From Mustelus asterias (taxonomy: Eukaryota), in the NCBI RefSeq assembly GCF_964213995.1, contig NW_027590163.1, positions 62,001-126,000 of the forward strand: DNA of 64,000 nucleotides, read 5' to 3'. Under the pieces are notes generated by a model. It was not told the origin of the DNA, made no database searches, and saw nothing but the letters and a program-made list of their open reading frames with translations. Of this stretch, positions 61,631 to 64,000 are shown one piece after another. Within the stretch, counting starts at the first letter, position 1, and each line of letters begins with the position of its first letter. A program made the position numbers and the translations under genes.

Positions 61631-62147
61631 ACATGGAAGAAGCGGCACTCCATATCCTAAAATATGTGAAGACTAGCCTGTTTTTTGTCCATTTGTTGTC
61701 TCAGTTTATTCTGATTAAAAAGTTTACAATTAATCGACCGACATAATCCCCAAGGTTTCAATGTATTCCTCTCAATCATCAATAATTTCATTCACACCCT
61801 CCACTTCTTAGTTTCATCTCCATCCTAACATAGCAAACTCCTCTTACATGTTTCACCTTAATATTTTTGTTCCAAGTACCCCGGCTGGGTGGAATCAACG
61901 TCTTGGTATGTACACTGTAAAACTGTCTCCCAGTTTCAGAATTTTTAATCAGATTACTTCTGGTTATTCTGAACTATAGGACGAACAGACTCATCCCACT
62001 GAATGTGTCCTCCCTGGACAACTGCCTCATCACAGAAATCAATCCAGGGAATTTAGCTCACACAGACACAGCAGGAAAAAACAGCAAAAAATGAACAGTG
62101 CGAGATGCACAGACAGAGAGACTGAGGGGAGAAAACAATGGGACCGT

Positions 62148-62380
62148 TAGAATCTTAGAATCTTAGAATCCCTACAGCACAGAAAGAGGCCATTCGGCCC
62201 ATCGAGTCTGCACCGACCACAATCCCATCCAGGCTCTACCCCCATATCCCTACATATTTTACCCACTAATCCCTCTAACCTACGCATCCCAGGAGACTAA
62301 GGGCAATTTTTAGCTTGGCCAATCAACCTAACGCGCACATCTTTGGACTGTGGGGGGAAACCGGAGCACCCGGAGGAAAC
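62148..62380 (-). mobile_element. SINE 3' part
   Basis: HE1-like tail and body. Confidence 0.8.
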
Positions 62381-62484
62381 ATCGAGACAAAGTGAGACAG
62401 ATAGTGACAGAGATTGGGATGGACACACAACCCACGAATGAACAATAATAAACACACAGCCAGCTGTCCGAATTACAAGCATAG

Positions 62485-62850
62485 AGTCATGGAAGTTTAC
62501 AGCATGGAAACAGGCCCTTCGCCCCACATTGTCCATGCCGCCACGTTTTTAAACACTAAACTAGTCCCAATTGCCTGTGTTGGGCCCATATTCCTCTATA
62601 ACCATCTTACCCATTTAACTGTCTAAACATTTTATAAAAGACAAACCTGTACCCCCCTCTCCTACGACATCTGGCAGCTTGGTCCAGACACTCACCATCC
62701 TCCGTGTGAAAAAATTGCCCATCTGGGCACTTTGTATCTCTCCCCTCTCACCTTAAACCTATGCCCTCCAGTTTTAGACTCCCCTGCCTTTGGGGAAAAT
62801 ATTGACTATCCAGCTGATCTATGCCCCTCATTATTTTATAGACCTCTGAA
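62485..62850 (-). mobile_element. CR1 3' fragment
   Basis: CR1-type tail. Confidence 0.65.
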
Positions 62851-62870
62851 CAACCTCAGTCTTCAACTAG

Positions 62871-62952
62871 GGTGGCACGGTAGCACAGTGGTTAGCACTG
62901 CTGCTTCACAGCTCCTGCGACCTGGGTTCGATTCCCGGCTTGGGTCACTGTA
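62871..62952 (+). mobile_element. SINE head, interrupted by CR1
   Basis: gggtggcacggtagcacagtggttagcact...gggttcgattccc. Confidence 0.75.
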
Positions 62953-64000
62953 TCAAAGAACAATACAGCACAGAAATAGGCCCTCCAACCCCGCGCTGGT
63001 CCAAACTGGACCATTCTTTTGTATCCCTCCATTCCCACTCCGTTCATATGGCTGTCTGGATAAGTCTGAAACGTTCCCAGTGTGTCCGCCTCCACCACCT
63101 TGCCTGGCAGCGCATTCCAGGTCCCCACCACCCTCTGTGTAAAATATGTCCGTCTGATATCTGTGTTAAACCTTCCCCCCTTCACCTTGAACCTATGACC
63201 CCTCGTGAACGTCACCACCGACCTGGGGAAAAGCTTCCCACCGTTCACCCTATCTATGCCTTTCATAATTTTATACACCACTATTAAGTCTCCCCTTATC
63301 CTCCGTCTTTCCAGGGAGAACAACCCCAGTTTACCCAATCTCTCCTCATAACTAAGCCCCTCCATACCAGGTAACATCCTGGTAAACCTCCTCTGTACTC
63401 TCTCCAAAGCCTCCACGTCCTTCTGGTAGTGTGGTGACCAGAACTGGACGCAGTATTCCAGATGCGGCCGAACCAACGTTCTATACATCTGCAACATCAG
63501 ACCCCAACTTTTATACTCTATGCCCCGTCCTATAAAGGCAAGCATGCCATATGCCTTCTTCACCACCTTCTCCACCTGTGACGTCACTTTCAAGGATCTG
63601 TGGACTTGCACACCCAGGTCCCTCTGCGTATCTACACCCTTTATGGTTCTGCCATTTATCATATAGCTCCTCCCTACATTATTTATACCAAAATGCATCA
63701 CTTCGCATTCATCAGGATTGAACTCCATCTGCCGTTACTTTGCCCAAATTTCCAGCCTATCTATATCCTTCTGTAGCTTCTGACAATGCTCCTCACTATC
63801 TGCAAGTCCTGCCAATTTTGTGTCGTCCGCAAACTTACTGATCACCCCAGTTACACCTTCTTCCAGACCATTTATATAAATTACAAACAGCAGAGGTCCC
63901 AATACAGAGCCCTGCGGAACACCACTAGTCACAGGCCTCCAGCTGGAAAAAGACCCTTCCACTACCACCCTCTGTCTTCTGTGACCAAGCCAGTTCTCCA
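62953..64000 (-). mobile_element. CR1 LINE (RT to 3' end), runs off window
   Basis: [30 protein letters not shown]. Confidence 0.92.

Overview
Vertebrate genomic DNA, very probably a shark or other cartilaginous fish (inferred from HE1-like SINEs, CR1/HER1-like LINEs, Penelope LTRs and '[11 protein letters not shown]'-type zinc-finger genes). About 1-33 kb is a cluster of five tandem C2H2 zinc-finger (ZNF) genes. Four form two head-to-head pairs that share a near-identical duplicated 3.3-kb bidirectional-promoter cassette; the fifth is truncated. About 33.8-61.6 kb is a decaying tRNA gene field of roughly 30 copies, of which only Gln-TTG, Leu-AAG and Glu-TTC look intact; it includes tRNA-Gln tandem units and an intron-containing tRNA-Pro. 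Transposons are dense: a near full-length CR1 with esterase ORF1, a young 5'-truncated Tx1-like LINE, many SINEs, and two families of Penelope-type LTR elements carrying minimal hammerhead ribozyme motifs, often as fold-back palindromes with 12-14 bp target-site duplications (TSDs). Other notable signals are an in-frame TGA conserved in all five ZNF leaders, a near-invariant 61-nt uORF micro-exon, and a U2-snRNA/Penelope chimeric insertion. All calls were made by eye; boundaries of degenerate elements are approximate and percent identities are estimates.
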